IMG/VR virus record: IMGVR_UViG_3300037297_000066
Location: 248,001 to 312,000 of that record
Reading direction: 5' to 3' (one strand)
Length of the DNA: 64,000 nucleotides
Part shown: positions 20,325 through 30,622 of the stretch, piece by piece
Layout of the letters: each line of letters starts with the position of its first letter
Numbering within the stretch: position 1 is the stretch's first letter
Notes under the pieces: model-generated
The model's input: the letters and a program-made list of their open reading frames with translations, nothing else
The model's database searches: none
What the model was told of the DNA's origin: nothing
Program-made: the position numbers and the translations under genes

Positions 20325-20525
20325 GACAGTCAGGATTTCAGGTCAAATCTTCCGACAGTAGTGACCTTCCTTACGAGGTGGTGAAGAAACCAGTCTTGAG
20401 GGGAGACGGGAAAGTGGAATTCTGCTCCGTAAGGGTTTACCCGCCGATCCACAGATGTGAAGTGGACCAGATGGTTCGGCCCATGAACTTCTGGAACGAC
20501 GAAATCGATTTCAGGTAGTTCAGCT

Positions 20526-20555
20526 GGGTTAAGATCGGGCCCCCTCACGTGTAAT
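20526..20555 (+). promoter_or_regulatory. phage promoter-like motif GGGTTAAGATC-N8-TCACGTGTAAT
   Basis: ATG 7 nt downstream. Confidence 0.7.
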
Positions 20556-20561
20556 AGGGGC

Positions 20562-21227
20562 ATGTTGCAATACACCCCAATGCACGAAGTTCTTTCCGAA
20601 GGCGACCACGGAAGAGCTTCTCTAAGATACCTTCACATCGGCCAGGAAGAGGCTTCCTACACTCGAATGCGAGCGGCTATCACAGGAGGTCGGGACTCTG
20701 CAATAGCAGAGGGCCACTACGTTCAGCTGAAGGTTGGTGGCTATCTGGTCATGAGTGACACCCCGATGGAGCGTGATACCAACGCCAATGCCGTCCAGTC
20801 GGCCACCGGAGACGTACTCATTGCTGGGCTCGGCCTGGGAATGATCATCATCCCGATGATCACCAAGCCCGAGGTCACGAGCATCACGGTCGTCGAGAAG
20901 GAGGCTGATGTGGTGGCTCTGGTGCAGCCCCAGCTCGTGAAGTACCTCACCGAGAAGCACGGGGATTCGGTGGCTGCCAAGCTCAAGGTCATCACGGCCG
21001 ACATCTTGGAATGGAAGCCTCCCAAGGGCCAGAAGTGGGACACCATCTACTTCGACATCTGGCCGGACATCTGCCTCGATGCCCTCCCCGAGATGAAGAC
21101 GCTTCACCGACGGTTCGGTCGCCGGAAGACCTCGCCGAACTCCTATATGGCGAGTTGGGAGAGAGGTAGGTTGGAGTACGAGAGTAGCCGACAGAAGAGA
21201 GCCCGGGGTCGGTACGGGTGGTACTGA
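20562..21227 (+). CDS. spermidine-synthase-like SAM methyltransferase
   Basis: VLIAGLGLG, ITVVEKE, VITADI and DTIYFDIW motifs. Confidence 0.8.
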   Translation: MLQYTPMHEVLSEGDHGRASLRYLHIGQEEASYTRMRAAITGGRDSAIAEGHYVQLKVGGYLVMSDTPMERDTNANAVQSATGDVLIAGLGLGMIIIPMITKPEVTSITVVEKEADVVALVQPQLVKYLTEKHGDSVAAKLKVITADILEWKPPKGQKWDTIYFDIWPDICLDALPEMKTLHRRFGRRKTSPNSYMASWERGRLEYESSRQKRARGRYGWY

Positions 21228-21631
21228 TGGCCTGGAGGATAGTACGTCAACCGAATGGTCGGCTGGCTAGGTGGAGCGACATCATCGACGGGTTCACTCA
21301 CTACAACATGACCAAAGAGATGGCTGTCAGCTTATGCATGACGGTTAGAGACATGCCCCTGGAACAAGCCGAAACCAAGGTCCAACGAGGTCTCGATGAC
21401 TCGGTTGAAGGGAGGGAGGGAGTGATCTCCAACCCCTCAGAAGGGCCACCCGGGTTCCGTAGGTGGAACGATTGCCTGAACATCATCGAGATAGTTCATG
21501 GTCGTGAAGAGGCGGACTCGTGCCGAAAATGGGGAACCGGGCCCCCTGCAAAGCAACCTGTCATGGAGCAGACGACTGACGAGTACCCCACCGTGTGGGA
21601 CCACATCCTGAACCCTGACAACAAGGACTGA
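21227..21631 (+). CDS. hypothetical protein (paralog of the next ORF; C-terminal TVWDHIL)
   Basis: MAWRIVRQPNGRLARWS versus MDWKLVKQPNGLYAWF. Confidence 0.7.
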   Translation: MAWRIVRQPNGRLARWSDIIDGFTHYNMTKEMAVSLCMTVRDMPLEQAETKVQRGLDDSVEGREGVISNPSEGPPGFRRWNDCLNIIEIVHGREEADSCRKWGTGPPAKQPVMEQTTDEYPTVWDHILNPDNKD

Positions 21632-21632
21632 C

Positions 21633-22013
21633 ATGGACTGGAAACTGGTCAAACAACCGAACGGCCTGTATGCCTGGTTCGTTCTGTCCTTCCAGGACTT
21701 CACGATTCTGTCCATGACCAACGACACTGCTTGGAGAGTGTACAACGGGGCCGGGGGCCAGTACTTCGAGTTCTGCGACCAGACCCTTTGGGCAAAAGAA
21801 GCCGAGCGTGATGTCTTCGAGACGTCCTGGATCTCCAAGCCTGGTACCAACCAGCGTTGGAATACCGCTCTTCTGCTCATCGAGGAGCATCACGGAAGAC
21901 ATGTCAGGGAGATCCGGGAGCAGATAGCTCAGCTGTGTAGCCTCGACGGGGCCCCCTTCAGGACCTCCAGAACGGTATGGGAACGTATCCTGGCTGCTAC
22001 CGGCGGCCCTTGA
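21633..22013 (+). CDS. hypothetical protein (C-terminal TVWERIL)
   Basis: 126-aa ORF. Confidence 0.7.
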   Translation: MDWKLVKQPNGLYAWFVLSFQDFTILSMTNDTAWRVYNGAGGQYFEFCDQTLWAKEAERDVFETSWISKPGTNQRWNTALLLIEEHHGRHVREIREQIAQLCSLDGAPFRTSRTVWERILAATGGP

Positions 22014-22181
22014 GCTGACCCAGAAGACGGGCTCGTTCCTTCTCTAGCCTCTTGTACTTCTCAGTGAAAAAGCAAGCATCCTTCATCTGCTGCTCTACGA
22101 CCCGTAGAAGGGCCTCTAGCTTCCGACGGTCAGCCATACCCCTGAAGGTTCAAAAGAGGCTCAGCGGGGCCCTCAGGGGCC

Positions 22182-22511
22182 TCAGATGGGTGTCTTGGGA
22201 AACTTCGTGGGACCCAGCACCCTCTGGTAAGGCTCTGTCTTCTTGACCGAATGCCAGGTCGGAGGTTTTCCATCGAGGGTCTCCACCACCACCAACTGAC
22301 GCAGGTCGTCTCGTCTGTCGATCCCAACGGCTGTCACCTTGAACCGATGATCCACCTCCAAGAGCTGGTCTCGGCCATCTTGGTTTTTCTGGATCTTGAA
22401 CCGGAGAGCAATCGGATCACCGATTCTCAGCAGAGAAGGGAGATCCTGCCTCACCTTCGGCCGGCCGTTCACATCAGCTAGTTCTACGATGGATGGGATC
22501 GTGATCGTCAT
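22182..22511 (-). CDS. hypothetical protein
   Basis: 109-aa ORF. Confidence 0.6.
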   Translation of the reverse strand: MTITIPSIVELADVNGRPKVRQDLPSLLRIGDPIALRFKIQKNQDGRDQLLEVDHRFKVTAVGIDRRDDLRQLVVVETLDGKPPTWHSVKKTEPYQRVLGPTKFPKTPI

Positions 22512-23309
22512 AGAGCTTGCCTACCGTAGCAGGATCCAGTAAGAGGGAACAAGCCCCCTTCCAGCTGAGGGGGGTGGTTCACAGGCACCACAGGAAACTG
22601 ATGCTACCACGAGCTCAGAAAAACAGCCTACTGCCCAGGGTGAGACTAGCTGGGATCTTCGGATCAGTCTCACGTAGCCAGCGAAGCAACCTCTACCTCG
22701 GGAGCGTGGTCCTTCCTAGGTATTGTGGTTGCTCGAAAAGGGATCCCCAGCTTCAGCGCAGCTTCGGATCCCCTATGGCCAACGGTAACACGTCAGGGAG
22801 GAGCCTGATCCTCTCTTTCCAAGAGAGCTACACATAGCTCTCTTGAATTTCCTTACCTGGGCCCCCAACAAAATTCCTACTCATACACACTCTCTTCTTT
22901 CTCATCCTCATCCAAATCATCCTCATCCAAGTACGAGTGAAACGAGTACTGAAACCCTTTCCCGAATGAATGAAGGTAGTAAAGAGACTGGTAACCGTAA
23001 GGAAGCAGGATCCCCGGAAGATGGAACCCTTGACGAAGATGGAACCCCTGGCAGTGAAGAAACCTCAGGTTCTACGTACAAACTGGTAAATCCTCTTGGT
23101 GATGATGATCTCGTAGGTAGTCGAAAATCTTCAGATCAGGATCCAGACCTCTGGGAGAAGGTAAATCCCAGAGGTCTTTCGCTTGACGGGGGTACCTTCT
23201 CGGCTATAGAGAAGGTTTCTGGTCTCTGAGAAAATGAAGGGCATCCCTGAAGCGGGTTAAGATCCTGGCTTCCCAATCGTTGTCCTTCTGAGACCCAAAA
23301 AATGGCCCG

Positions 23310-24470
23310 TTGGAGGGGCCTTCTATGGCACAAGGACTTCCCTGTCCTGTTGGTTTGCCTTCCAATGCTGAAGAAGTTCTTCAGCACTACTCGGAACTCT
23401 TGGGAGAACATGCTCCTGGTGATGACCCTCGGAAGGTAGTTGAGGAGCTAGTAGCCAACGGGCTCTTCAAGACCTTCGACTATCAGGAGGTTCTCACACC
23501 CCTGGTATCCTCGTTGACAGCGGCTTCCTTCTTGGGAGTCAGTTGGAACAACTGGTTGAATTTCCTGTACTCATCCAAGAAGGCTCGGGATCGAAATCCT
23601 GAGAATCCTTCTGGGAGATCCCGGTACTTCCCGGAGCCAAAGTCGGGCAGGCTTTGCTCGATCCATGCCACCTTCTCCAGGGAGGACATCCTTGACATCA
23701 GTGCGCATTGGGGGGAGGTCTTCCCTCGGCTGGAACGTCTCGGTCCTGAGCTCCTCGGGTTAGATGAGCTTTTCGAGGCCCACCTTCTGAAGTGCCTGGG
23801 AGCCAGGAGCTACACTTGGCCTGCCGGGCTTCCGACCGAAGTCAACGGATTCTACCGACAGTACGGGAAGTTCGTGACCAAGGTTCTCCGTTGTTCCAGG
23901 TTCCGGGGATCCCGGGAGCTCTTCGAAGAGCTTCAGCAGGACATCTGGGCTCGGCTCATGCAGTCCAACGTGTTGCACCAATTTGCTCGGATGTTCCTCC
24001 AGAACAACTCTTCTCGGGACCCTGAGTACGTAGCCAAGTGTTGCCGAGGCTACCTCAAGTGTGCCGTTCTACGGCACTTTGCCAACTGGGTTCGAGATCG
24101 GGTACGTCACACCAATTCGGAATTCGTTCTGCCTCCTAACGAGGACGGGACCGCTTGGGAGACCACCGTCCCTGAAACCTTCCCTGGGTCCCAGTCTGAG
24201 GAGTGTGGGGTGGAGGAAATCACGGACATGCTCCTGCTATTGGATCACCACGGAAAAACCCTCTCGGTTTCGTGTGACAAGGGGTCCAACGATGAGCGTG
24301 TTCGTCAGGAGGGGGAGGCTACCGAGACCTTTCTGAACAATGTCAACCGGGCGGTTGGCTTGGGGTACACACTTCCCCAAGCGGTCAAAGCGGCGGCCAA
24401 GTCGAACTCTCATCGGGAGATGACTTACCGGCTTTCCCGGATTCGGCGGCCTCGGCAGCGTACGGCCTGA
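23310..24470 (+). CDS. possible sigma-factor-like protein
   Basis: LFEELQQDIWARL..GYLKCAVLRHFANWVRDR resembles sigma region 2. Confidence 0.45.
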   Translation: MEGPSMAQGLPCPVGLPSNAEEVLQHYSELLGEHAPGDDPRKVVEELVANGLFKTFDYQEVLTPLVSSLTAASFLGVSWNNWLNFLYSSKKARDRNPENPSGRSRYFPEPKSGRLCSIHATFSREDILDISAHWGEVFPRLERLGPELLGLDELFEAHLLKCLGARSYTWPAGLPTEVNGFYRQYGKFVTKVLRCSRFRGSRELFEELQQDIWARLMQSNVLHQFARMFLQNNSSRDPEYVAKCCRGYLKCAVLRHFANWVRDRVRHTNSEFVLPPNEDGTAWETTVPETFPGSQSEECGVEEITDMLLLLDHHGKTLSVSCDKGSNDERVRQEGEATETFLNNVNRAVGLGYTLPQAVKAAAKSNSHREMTYRLSRIRRPRQRTA

Positions 24471-24900
24471 TGCTATCAGACGGGGTCATCGTCTGCGATC
24501 GGTGTGGTCAACGCAGCTGTCCGGTTGATCTGCTGACCTACGACCTACACGTCTACGACGAGAATGAGATCAAGCCTGGCCCAAGCGGCTGCCCTGAAGG
24601 GGATCGGGGAGACTTCGTGTTCTTGGACCCTACGGGTATTTTTGGGGGGACCCACCCGGGACACGAGCATTGGTGTATGCGTTGTTGGAACCAGGTCACC
24701 AAACCCTACATGACGGTTCCCCTTCGGTATCGGACGGCCACGGCTTGGGAACGCCTGATTTTGGATCGGGATGTGGTGATGGTTCCAGAGGGAGCCCCCG
24801 AGGTTCCGTGGCTCCAGCAGCCTTGTTGGAACCATCAAGCCCACCGGTTTTGGAAGGCTAGGCGGTCGGCCGGATAGTCTTTCGATGGATCGTCAGGGGC

Positions 24901-25686
24901 ATGAATCAGAAGTTGGCTTCTGAGGCGGCTGAGCTCCACCGCCAGATCTATGCCTCGCTACCGTTCACCGTCAGGTTGGCTCACCTGTGGCTCAAGCTGT
25001 CTTTTTCCGACGCTGAGCTGATTGGGAGGCTCTCCTACGCGATTTTCCTCTCCCTGGGGGTCCAAGGTATCCCGGACATCAAAGGGATGCCAGCGCTCGA
25101 ATTTGCGGCCAAGAAGGGTATCCGGGGTCCCCGGGACATGACTAAGGTTCCTACTGGTGTTGGCCAGCGATTTGGCCGGGTAGCCATAGGGAGCGTTATC
25201 AAGATCTTGCCTTCATATCTACGGAGCACGGACGCCAAGGACGAGATCGTAGGGAAGGTGGTAGAGAAGCTGCTCAAGGGGGAGTACAACAAGCCAGGGT
25301 TGTCAGGGGTCCCTCTCAAGCAGGCCGAGAATTACGTCATAATGGCGTTGAAAAACGAGACCAGGAACTACCTGCGTGGGCAAGCCTACCGGCAGACCAC
25401 CCCCATGGTCAACGAGGAGGGGGAGTTCCTGGATTTTCGAAACCCAGAGGAGTTCCTGGAGATAGCTCAGGATCTGACCCCTGGGGAGATCCGGCAAATG
25501 TTCCAGGAGCTGGACCAGGTGGGTAAGGGCTCTCGGGGATCAGATTACTTGAGGCTGCTCTTGGAGGGGTACAGCCAGACGGACATCTCTCGTCAGTTGG
25601 GAGTGTCGATCCCGGCTGTGACCAAGTGGCTTCGCAACAACAAGCAGACGATCAAAGGCATCATCCACAAGTATCTGGCCGCTTAG
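24901..25686 (+). CDS. sigma70-family-like transcription factor
   Basis: YVIMALKNETRNYLR (region 2) and LLLEGYSQTDISRQLGVSIPAVTKWL (region 4 HTH). Confidence 0.7.
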   Translation: MNQKLASEAAELHRQIYASLPFTVRLAHLWLKLSFSDAELIGRLSYAIFLSLGVQGIPDIKGMPALEFAAKKGIRGPRDMTKVPTGVGQRFGRVAIGSVIKILPSYLRSTDAKDEIVGKVVEKLLKGEYNKPGLSGVPLKQAENYVIMALKNETRNYLRGQAYRQTTPMVNEEGEFLDFRNPEEFLEIAQDLTPGEIRQMFQELDQVGKGSRGSDYLRLLLEGYSQTDISRQLGVSIPAVTKWLRNNKQTIKGIIHKYLAA

Positions 25687-25742
25687 TCGATTGACTCTCG
25701 GTGTATTGAGAGGGTAGTCTCAAACCCCTCTTGGGAGTTTCG

Positions 25743-27233
25743 ATGGACTACCGTAACCAGGTTCTATTGGGGGATTGTCTAACGTTGCTACGGCAGCTGC
25801 CAAGCGACACCTTTGACATTTGCATCACGGATCCTCCCTACGGATTGGGAAAGAAGGCTCCTCGTCCGGAAGAGATCCTAGCCTTCTTCATGGGGGCCAG
25901 CCTCGACACCGGGGGTGACTTCATGAACTCGGATTGGGAGATCCCCACCGTTGAGGTGTGGAAGGAGATCTACCGAGTCCTCAAGCCAGGTGCTCATGTG
26001 ATTTCGTTTGGGGGCACCAGGACGTGGGACTTGATCTCGATTGGACTCCGGTTGGCAGGTTTCTCTTACCGGGACACTATCGCCGATGAACACCCTGCTC
26101 TTCAGTGGCTCCAGAGCCAGGGGATGCCCAAGAGTCACAACGTCAGCAAAGCTTACGACAAGAAAAAGGGTATTGATGTCAAGGCAGAGGACTACAAGGG
26201 GCCCGTCACTGACGAGGCTGTTGAGTGGTCTGGGTACGGTACAGGGCTCAAACCCACGTGGGAGCCTATCCTCGTGTTCCGAAAGCCCTTCAAGGGAACG
26301 GTAGCGAAGAACGTTCAGAAGCACGGTACGGGGGCTCTCAACATCGACGCTTGCCGGGTCAAGCATGCTAGTCGAGAAGACTTCGAGCAGCACAAAGCCC
26401 AGGTTGAAGAGGTTCGTAAGAAGGGGGGCGTCCGAGGCGACTCCTGGAAGAACTCTTCAGACTTGAGTGGGGCGTCCGAGGTGACGGAGGCGGGGCGTTG
26501 GCCTCCCAACACAATCTTCGAGCACACTCCTGGTTGCCGGAAAGTGGGAGTGAAAGAGGTTGCCCCCCATCCCCAAGGTTCAGATCGGTTCCAAAAGACT
26601 TCTGGAGGAGATTTCTCTAGTGATTACCAGAACCAGAGGGCTCAGGAAGATCCTGACTATCTGTACGAATGGGAGTGTGCGCCTGGTTGTCCGGCAGCGG
26701 CCTTGAACAAGCAGACGGGAGATCGTCCTAGTACTCTGACAGGTCGAGCTGATCCTAGTAAAAGTCACGCCCACCCGGGAACCCAGACTAACCCTAACTC
26801 AACATTCTTGGGGGAGCGAACTTACCACAGTGCCGTCTATGCTGATTCAGGGGGAGCTTCCAGGTATTACCCTCAGTTTGAGCAGGAGCTGGAGGAACCT
26901 TTTCTGTACGTCGGTAAGGCCAGCAAGCGGGAAGCTTCTCTGAATGGCCGGGTTAAGAAGGTTCACAAGACCCGTAAACCCGTCAAGCTCATGCGGTGGC
27001 TTTGCAGGTTGTCGGGTCGTAAGGGAGCTCTGGTTTTGGACCCTTACTGTGGTTCGGGTTCAACGCTTGTAGCTGCTGATCTGGAAGACATGTTCTGGAC
27101 AGGGATCGAAAGAGATCCTGAGATGCAAGCAGCAGCCGAGCAGCGAGTAGGCATCGTTCACGAAGAGGAACAGAGGCGTAGGGAACAGAGAGAAACCTTT
27201 GCTATGTTCTTCGAGAGAGATGACAACGACTAG
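25743..27233 (+). CDS. N4/N6 DNA methyltransferase with large insertion
   Basis: GDCL, ITDPPYG, LKPTWEPI..RKP, GRWP, HKTRKPVKLM and VLDPYCGSGST motifs. Confidence 0.92.
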   Translation: MDYRNQVLLGDCLTLLRQLPSDTFDICITDPPYGLGKKAPRPEEILAFFMGASLDTGGDFMNSDWEIPTVEVWKEIYRVLKPGAHVISFGGTRTWDLISIGLRLAGFSYRDTIADEHPALQWLQSQGMPKSHNVSKAYDKKKGIDVKAEDYKGPVTDEAVEWSGYGTGLKPTWEPILVFRKPFKGTVAKNVQKHGTGALNIDACRVKHASREDFEQHKAQVEEVRKKGGVRGDSWKNSSDLSGASEVTEAGRWPPNTIFEHTPGCRKVGVKEVAPHPQGSDRFQKTSGGDFSSDYQNQRAQEDPDYLYEWECAPGCPAAALNKQTGDRPSTLTGRADPSKSHAHPGTQTNPNSTFLGERTYHSAVYADSGGASRYYPQFEQELEEPFLYVGKASKREASLNGRVKKVHKTRKPVKLMRWLCRLSGRKGALVLDPYCGSGSTLVAADLEDMFWTGIERDPEMQAAAEQRVGIVHEEEQRRREQRETFAMFFERDDND

Positions 27234-27514
27234 TTGGAAATATCGTCGAACTCTTTACTGAGCTTCTTGTCGTATTCGACTACTTTCCCGTTGACTCGGA
27301 TCTCGTTGATACGGTCGGCCCCATCTCCGTCGAACCCACCCACAGGCTTCTTACCGCAGTTCAATCCTCGGGAGGCTCCTACGTCTCCACACCACTGGAG
27401 GAACTGAAGAATTCGGATGACGGACTTCACACCGTCTGTGTCAGCCACCTCACATTCTATAGTCACGGTGGGGCGGTCGTCGGCGGCCATTCTTCGGTCG
27501 TAGTCGTAGCCCAT
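27230..27514 (-). CDS. hypothetical protein with YDYDR motif
   Basis: MGYDYDRRMAA. Confidence 0.7.
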   Translation of the reverse strand: MGYDYDRRMAADDRPTVTIECEVADTDGVKSVIRILQFLQWCGDVGASRGLNCGKKPVGGFDGDGADRINEIRVNGKVVEYDKKLSKEFDDISN

Positions 27515-27838
27515 CTAGACAGGGTCCTTGTCGGAAGTCGCCAACCGTTTTTGGTGGAGCATCTTCAGGTGTTTCTGAACGGCATCCGTTCGTAACACTC
27601 TGTCCACTGTGTGGTCCAACCCTCGGTTGATGTCCAAGACTTTTCCGTTTGCATCCTGTCTGAGAATAGCCTTGAAGGGTTTGATCTTGCCCCCCATCCC
27701 CAACTCTCCTTCTATGTCGGTGTAGGAGATCCCTCCCACACCTTTGGTAGAAAGATTCTTGGTGATAATCAGAGAGAAAGGAAGAACTCCTTTGATCAAG
27801 GATCCTGCAGTGCGGCGATCGTAGTCGTATTTGCTCAT
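27515..27838 (-). CDS. hypothetical protein with YDYDR motif
   Basis: MSKYDYDRRTAG. Confidence 0.7.
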   Translation of the reverse strand: MSKYDYDRRTAGSLIKGVLPFSLIITKNLSTKGVGGISYTDIEGELGMGGKIKPFKAILRQDANGKVLDINRGLDHTVDRVLRTDAVQKHLKMLHQKRLATSDKDPV

Positions 27839-27847
27839 GGTACTTGA

Positions 27848-28330
27848 TCATCCATAGGTGGTTTTAAGGTAGCTCTCGACTTCAGTACTCCAGAGAGCTC
27901 CTTTGGCCAAGTCACTTCCTTCGGACAAGGTCACTTTGTAGATCTTGCCCTTCTTGAGGATGATGGTGGCCTTGAATCTTTCGTAACCCTTGCCAATTCC
28001 AACACCGCCTTCTAGTACGATGAGCGTTCCGTAGGATTTCGGGGGGTCGGAATCCTCTCTTGAGATCTCTACCTTGAAGGGGGTTGATCCTTTGAGGGTC
28101 TTGGCGGCGGTTCGATCGTAGCTGTATGCGTTCATGGTGTTCTCTTTAGAGGTTTTGCCTAGGTCTCTGAGCAGAGCTTCTGCGTGGTCAAAGGAGGGTC
28201 TGCGGGACTTGATCTCGTGTGCTTTCCCATCCACGGTTAGGAACCACTTACGCCCTTCTTTCTTGAGCGTGGCCCTTCCGTTGAGGCCACTGTATCCTCC
28301 ACCGGGAAGTGGTTTCCAAGACCAGGTCAT
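27848..28330 (-). CDS. hypothetical protein; internal MNAYSYDRTAA (possible second start at 28135)
   Basis: 160-aa ORF. Confidence 0.65.
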   Translation of the reverse strand: MTWSWKPLPGGGYSGLNGRATLKKEGRKWFLTVDGKAHEIKSRRPSFDHAEALLRDLGKTSKENTMNAYSYDRTAAKTLKGSTPFKVEISREDSDPPKSYGTLIVLEGGVGIGKGYERFKATIILKKGKIYKVTLSEGSDLAKGALWSTEVESYLKTTYG

Positions 28331-28333
28331 ATC

Positions 28334-28951
28334 TCACCAGGTGAAGTTTCCTTCCAACTTCCTCATCTGTAATTTGCTGATGATCCAAGGGCCGTGCATG
28401 GTGCTGCAGAAGAGGCCCCCGGCCCACCGCTTTCGATCGTAGTCGCTCAAGTCTCGAAGAGCTCGATCCCTACGGCAGATTATGTTGTGGTTCGCCGCTT
28501 GGATCATGTCTTCTCGGAAGTCTCCCCAGATGGGAGCGTGAGCCAGCACCCAGACGCTGTAGTCTACGAAGCCTTCCTCGTAAAAAGGGTCACCTTCGGG
28601 GAACAGAGCCAAGCTGGCGTGACACAGTTCGTGTGTCAGCTTCTCCAGGGTGCGCCCTGGTTTGCCTTCGACGTAGGAGGGACAAAGGCTGATCTGTCCT
28701 GACCACGGAGCGTAGCTGGCGTTGGCTCCAGCTGAGTGAGCTCCGTCGCTGACAGTTCCGATCTCTACCGCAGGTTCCTTCCCCCACGGTCCCAAAGCTT
28801 CCCCCACCAAACCGTATGCAATTGAGGCCCACGTCTCGACGAATTGGTCCCACTGGGATCCGAAGATCTTGCACACGAACCGTTGAGAGGCGGTTTTGTG
28901 CCTTCTAGATGCTTGGTCTAGTTGTTGCGTTACTGCTTCGGGGAGTGTCAC
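28334..28951 (-). CDS. putative zinc metallopeptidase
   Basis: LTHELCH (HExxH) followed by YEEGF. Confidence 0.6.
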   Translation of the reverse strand: MTLPEAVTQQLDQASRRHKTASQRFVCKIFGSQWDQFVETWASIAYGLVGEALGPWGKEPAVEIGTVSDGAHSAGANASYAPWSGQISLCPSYVEGKPGRTLEKLTHELCHASLALFPEGDPFYEEGFVDYSVWVLAHAPIWGDFREDMIQAANHNIICRRDRALRDLSDYDRKRWAGGLFCSTMHGPWIISKLQMRKLEGNFTW

Positions 28952-29005
28952 TGTTACAGTGAACGCAAAAGAACTTCTTTTGAACTCCCTGATGGTGGAG
29001 GTTCT

Positions 29006-29674
29006 ATGCCCAACCAGCTCAACGTAGGCAACTACTTCATCACTCAGTCAGTGGCTACTCCGACGGTTCCGTTTGGAGGACACCCGACGTTGAAGGGTTT
29101 GGGAGTACCCCCTCAGGTTCGTCCCCTTCTGACGGATCTGGCTTTCGAGGCTTCTGGACGAGGTGTTTTCCCGCTCACTCAGCCGGGGAGGTTCCCTCGG
29201 GGCTCCAGGATGCCGGGTGTCCAGGGGACTATGAGGATCGACTTTACTCTTGCTGCCAATGGAACAGGTAGGACAATAGCCTACCTTGCCCCACAGGTGG
29301 TGAGTCCCACGCAGTACATAAAGGTCGGAATTGACACGTCAAATCGACCGACTTTGACCATCAAGGATGTCGCTGGGACTACGGTTGCCTTGGTGTCTAG
29401 CCCGAGCTACCCTGCTCTTCCTCAGTCAGGGTTGGCCACTATTCATCTGGTGTGGGACTCCAGGAACGTGGTAGTGGGTGCCCGTCACGCTTTGCTTCGG
29501 GTCGAGGTCCCGGGGCGTGACGTGACCACTCCGGACGCTAACTGGGCGACGGACCCCACCTCTGAATGGGTGCACTTCACTCCCGAGTACCTCGTGGTGG
29601 GGGCGTCCCTGGGGGACGCTGACTTCAATGGAGTAGTGAATCTGGTGCAGATGGCCTGCACCGTTCAGACGTGA
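29006..29674 (+). CDS. hypothetical protein, possible lectin/LamG-like fold
   Basis: beta-rich ORF; IHLVWDS. Confidence 0.55.
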   Translation: MPNQLNVGNYFITQSVATPTVPFGGHPTLKGLGVPPQVRPLLTDLAFEASGRGVFPLTQPGRFPRGSRMPGVQGTMRIDFTLAANGTGRTIAYLAPQVVSPTQYIKVGIDTSNRPTLTIKDVAGTTVALVSSPSYPALPQSGLATIHLVWDSRNVVVGARHALLRVEVPGRDVTTPDANWATDPTSEWVHFTPEYLVVGASLGDADFNGVVNLVQMACTVQT

Positions 29675-30077
29675 TCAACGATTTCGTGTACTTACGACGG
29701 GATGAAAAAACTGACTTTTTTCTGTTGCAGGCCCGTCCAAGCCGGTGTACAGTCCTAGAGTTCGAAGGCTTCTGGCCTTCACCCCCTCCCTCCGGAGGGT
29801 CTCTAGATAGAACGAGTTGAGCAGGACAATGACCGCCAGGAAACATACCACACTAAGAGGCTCACAGGGAGCCCAGTGGTCGTGTGTCCAAGGACAGGCG
29901 GCTGAAAAGCGCCCAGATAGCGCATATCTCCTGCCCGCCACCTCCATTCACATGTTCGCCAATTTGGAGGTGGGTACATAGGGCGGCCAGATTCACCACT
30001 AGAGGATGATGAGGCCGCCCTGGGAAACCACGGCGGCCTTAGTCGTTTCAGGAACAAGCATCGGAGGTACAAGAGAG

Positions 30078-30120
30078 CAACCGGACAACCGGACAACTGG
30101 ACAACTTGACAACTTGACAG
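30078..30120 (+). repeat. tandem 8-mer CAACYKGA x5
   Basis: CAACCGGA x2, CAACTGGA, CAACTTGA x2. Confidence 0.85.
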
Positions 30121-30192
30121 GTGTCCAAAGAAAAATCGAAGCCCGGGTTAATAATCGCTCTCCCCATTCGTTGTACTGATAGTTCGAAGATC

Positions 30193-30278
30193 GGGGTCGG
30201 AATAGTTGGCTGGTGCCAACAGCGGTCTGTAAAACCGTTGTCTCTGACGGGGTGGTTCGATTCCACACGGCCCCACCA
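30193..30278 (+). tRNA. tRNA-Tyr(GTA)
   Basis: CT-GTA-AA, long variable arm, ACCA. Confidence 0.85.
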
Positions 30279-30301
30279 CAGAAAGGAACACCAACGCCCA
30301 T

Positions 30302-30375
30302 GGGGGTGTAGCTCAATTAGGCAGAGCAGCGGGCTTTTAACCCGAAGGTTGTGGGTTCGATTCCCACCACTCCTA
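30302..30375 (+). tRNA. tRNA-Lys(TTT)
   Basis: cloverleaf, CT-TTT-AA. Confidence 0.9.
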
Positions 30376-30382
30376 CGAAGAC

Positions 30383-30460
30383 GCCTCAGTAGCTCAATTT
30401 GGTAGAGCAGCGGACTCTTAATCCGAAGGTTTGTGGGTTCAATTCCCTCCTGGGGCACCA
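30383..30460 (+). tRNA. tRNA-Lys(CTT)
   Basis: CT-CTT-AA, ACCA. Confidence 0.9.
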
Positions 30461-30465
30461 AGACA

Positions 30466-30618
30466 ATGGAGAGTGAAGATCTGAAGAAAGCTGATCCGGG
30501 AGCCTTGCGTAGGTTGGCTACTTTTCTCGGGCTCAAAGAGGTTGAAACCCTTACAAACAAGCAGGTGAAACGCTGGATCAAGCTAGCGACCAGACCCTTG
30601 AAGATCACTATGTACTGA
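30466..30618 (+). CDS. small hypothetical protein
   Basis: MESEDLKKAD ORF between tRNAs. Confidence 0.45.
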   Translation: MESEDLKKADPGALRRLATFLGLKEVETLTNKQVKRWIKLATRPLKITMY

Positions 30619-30622
30619 AAAT

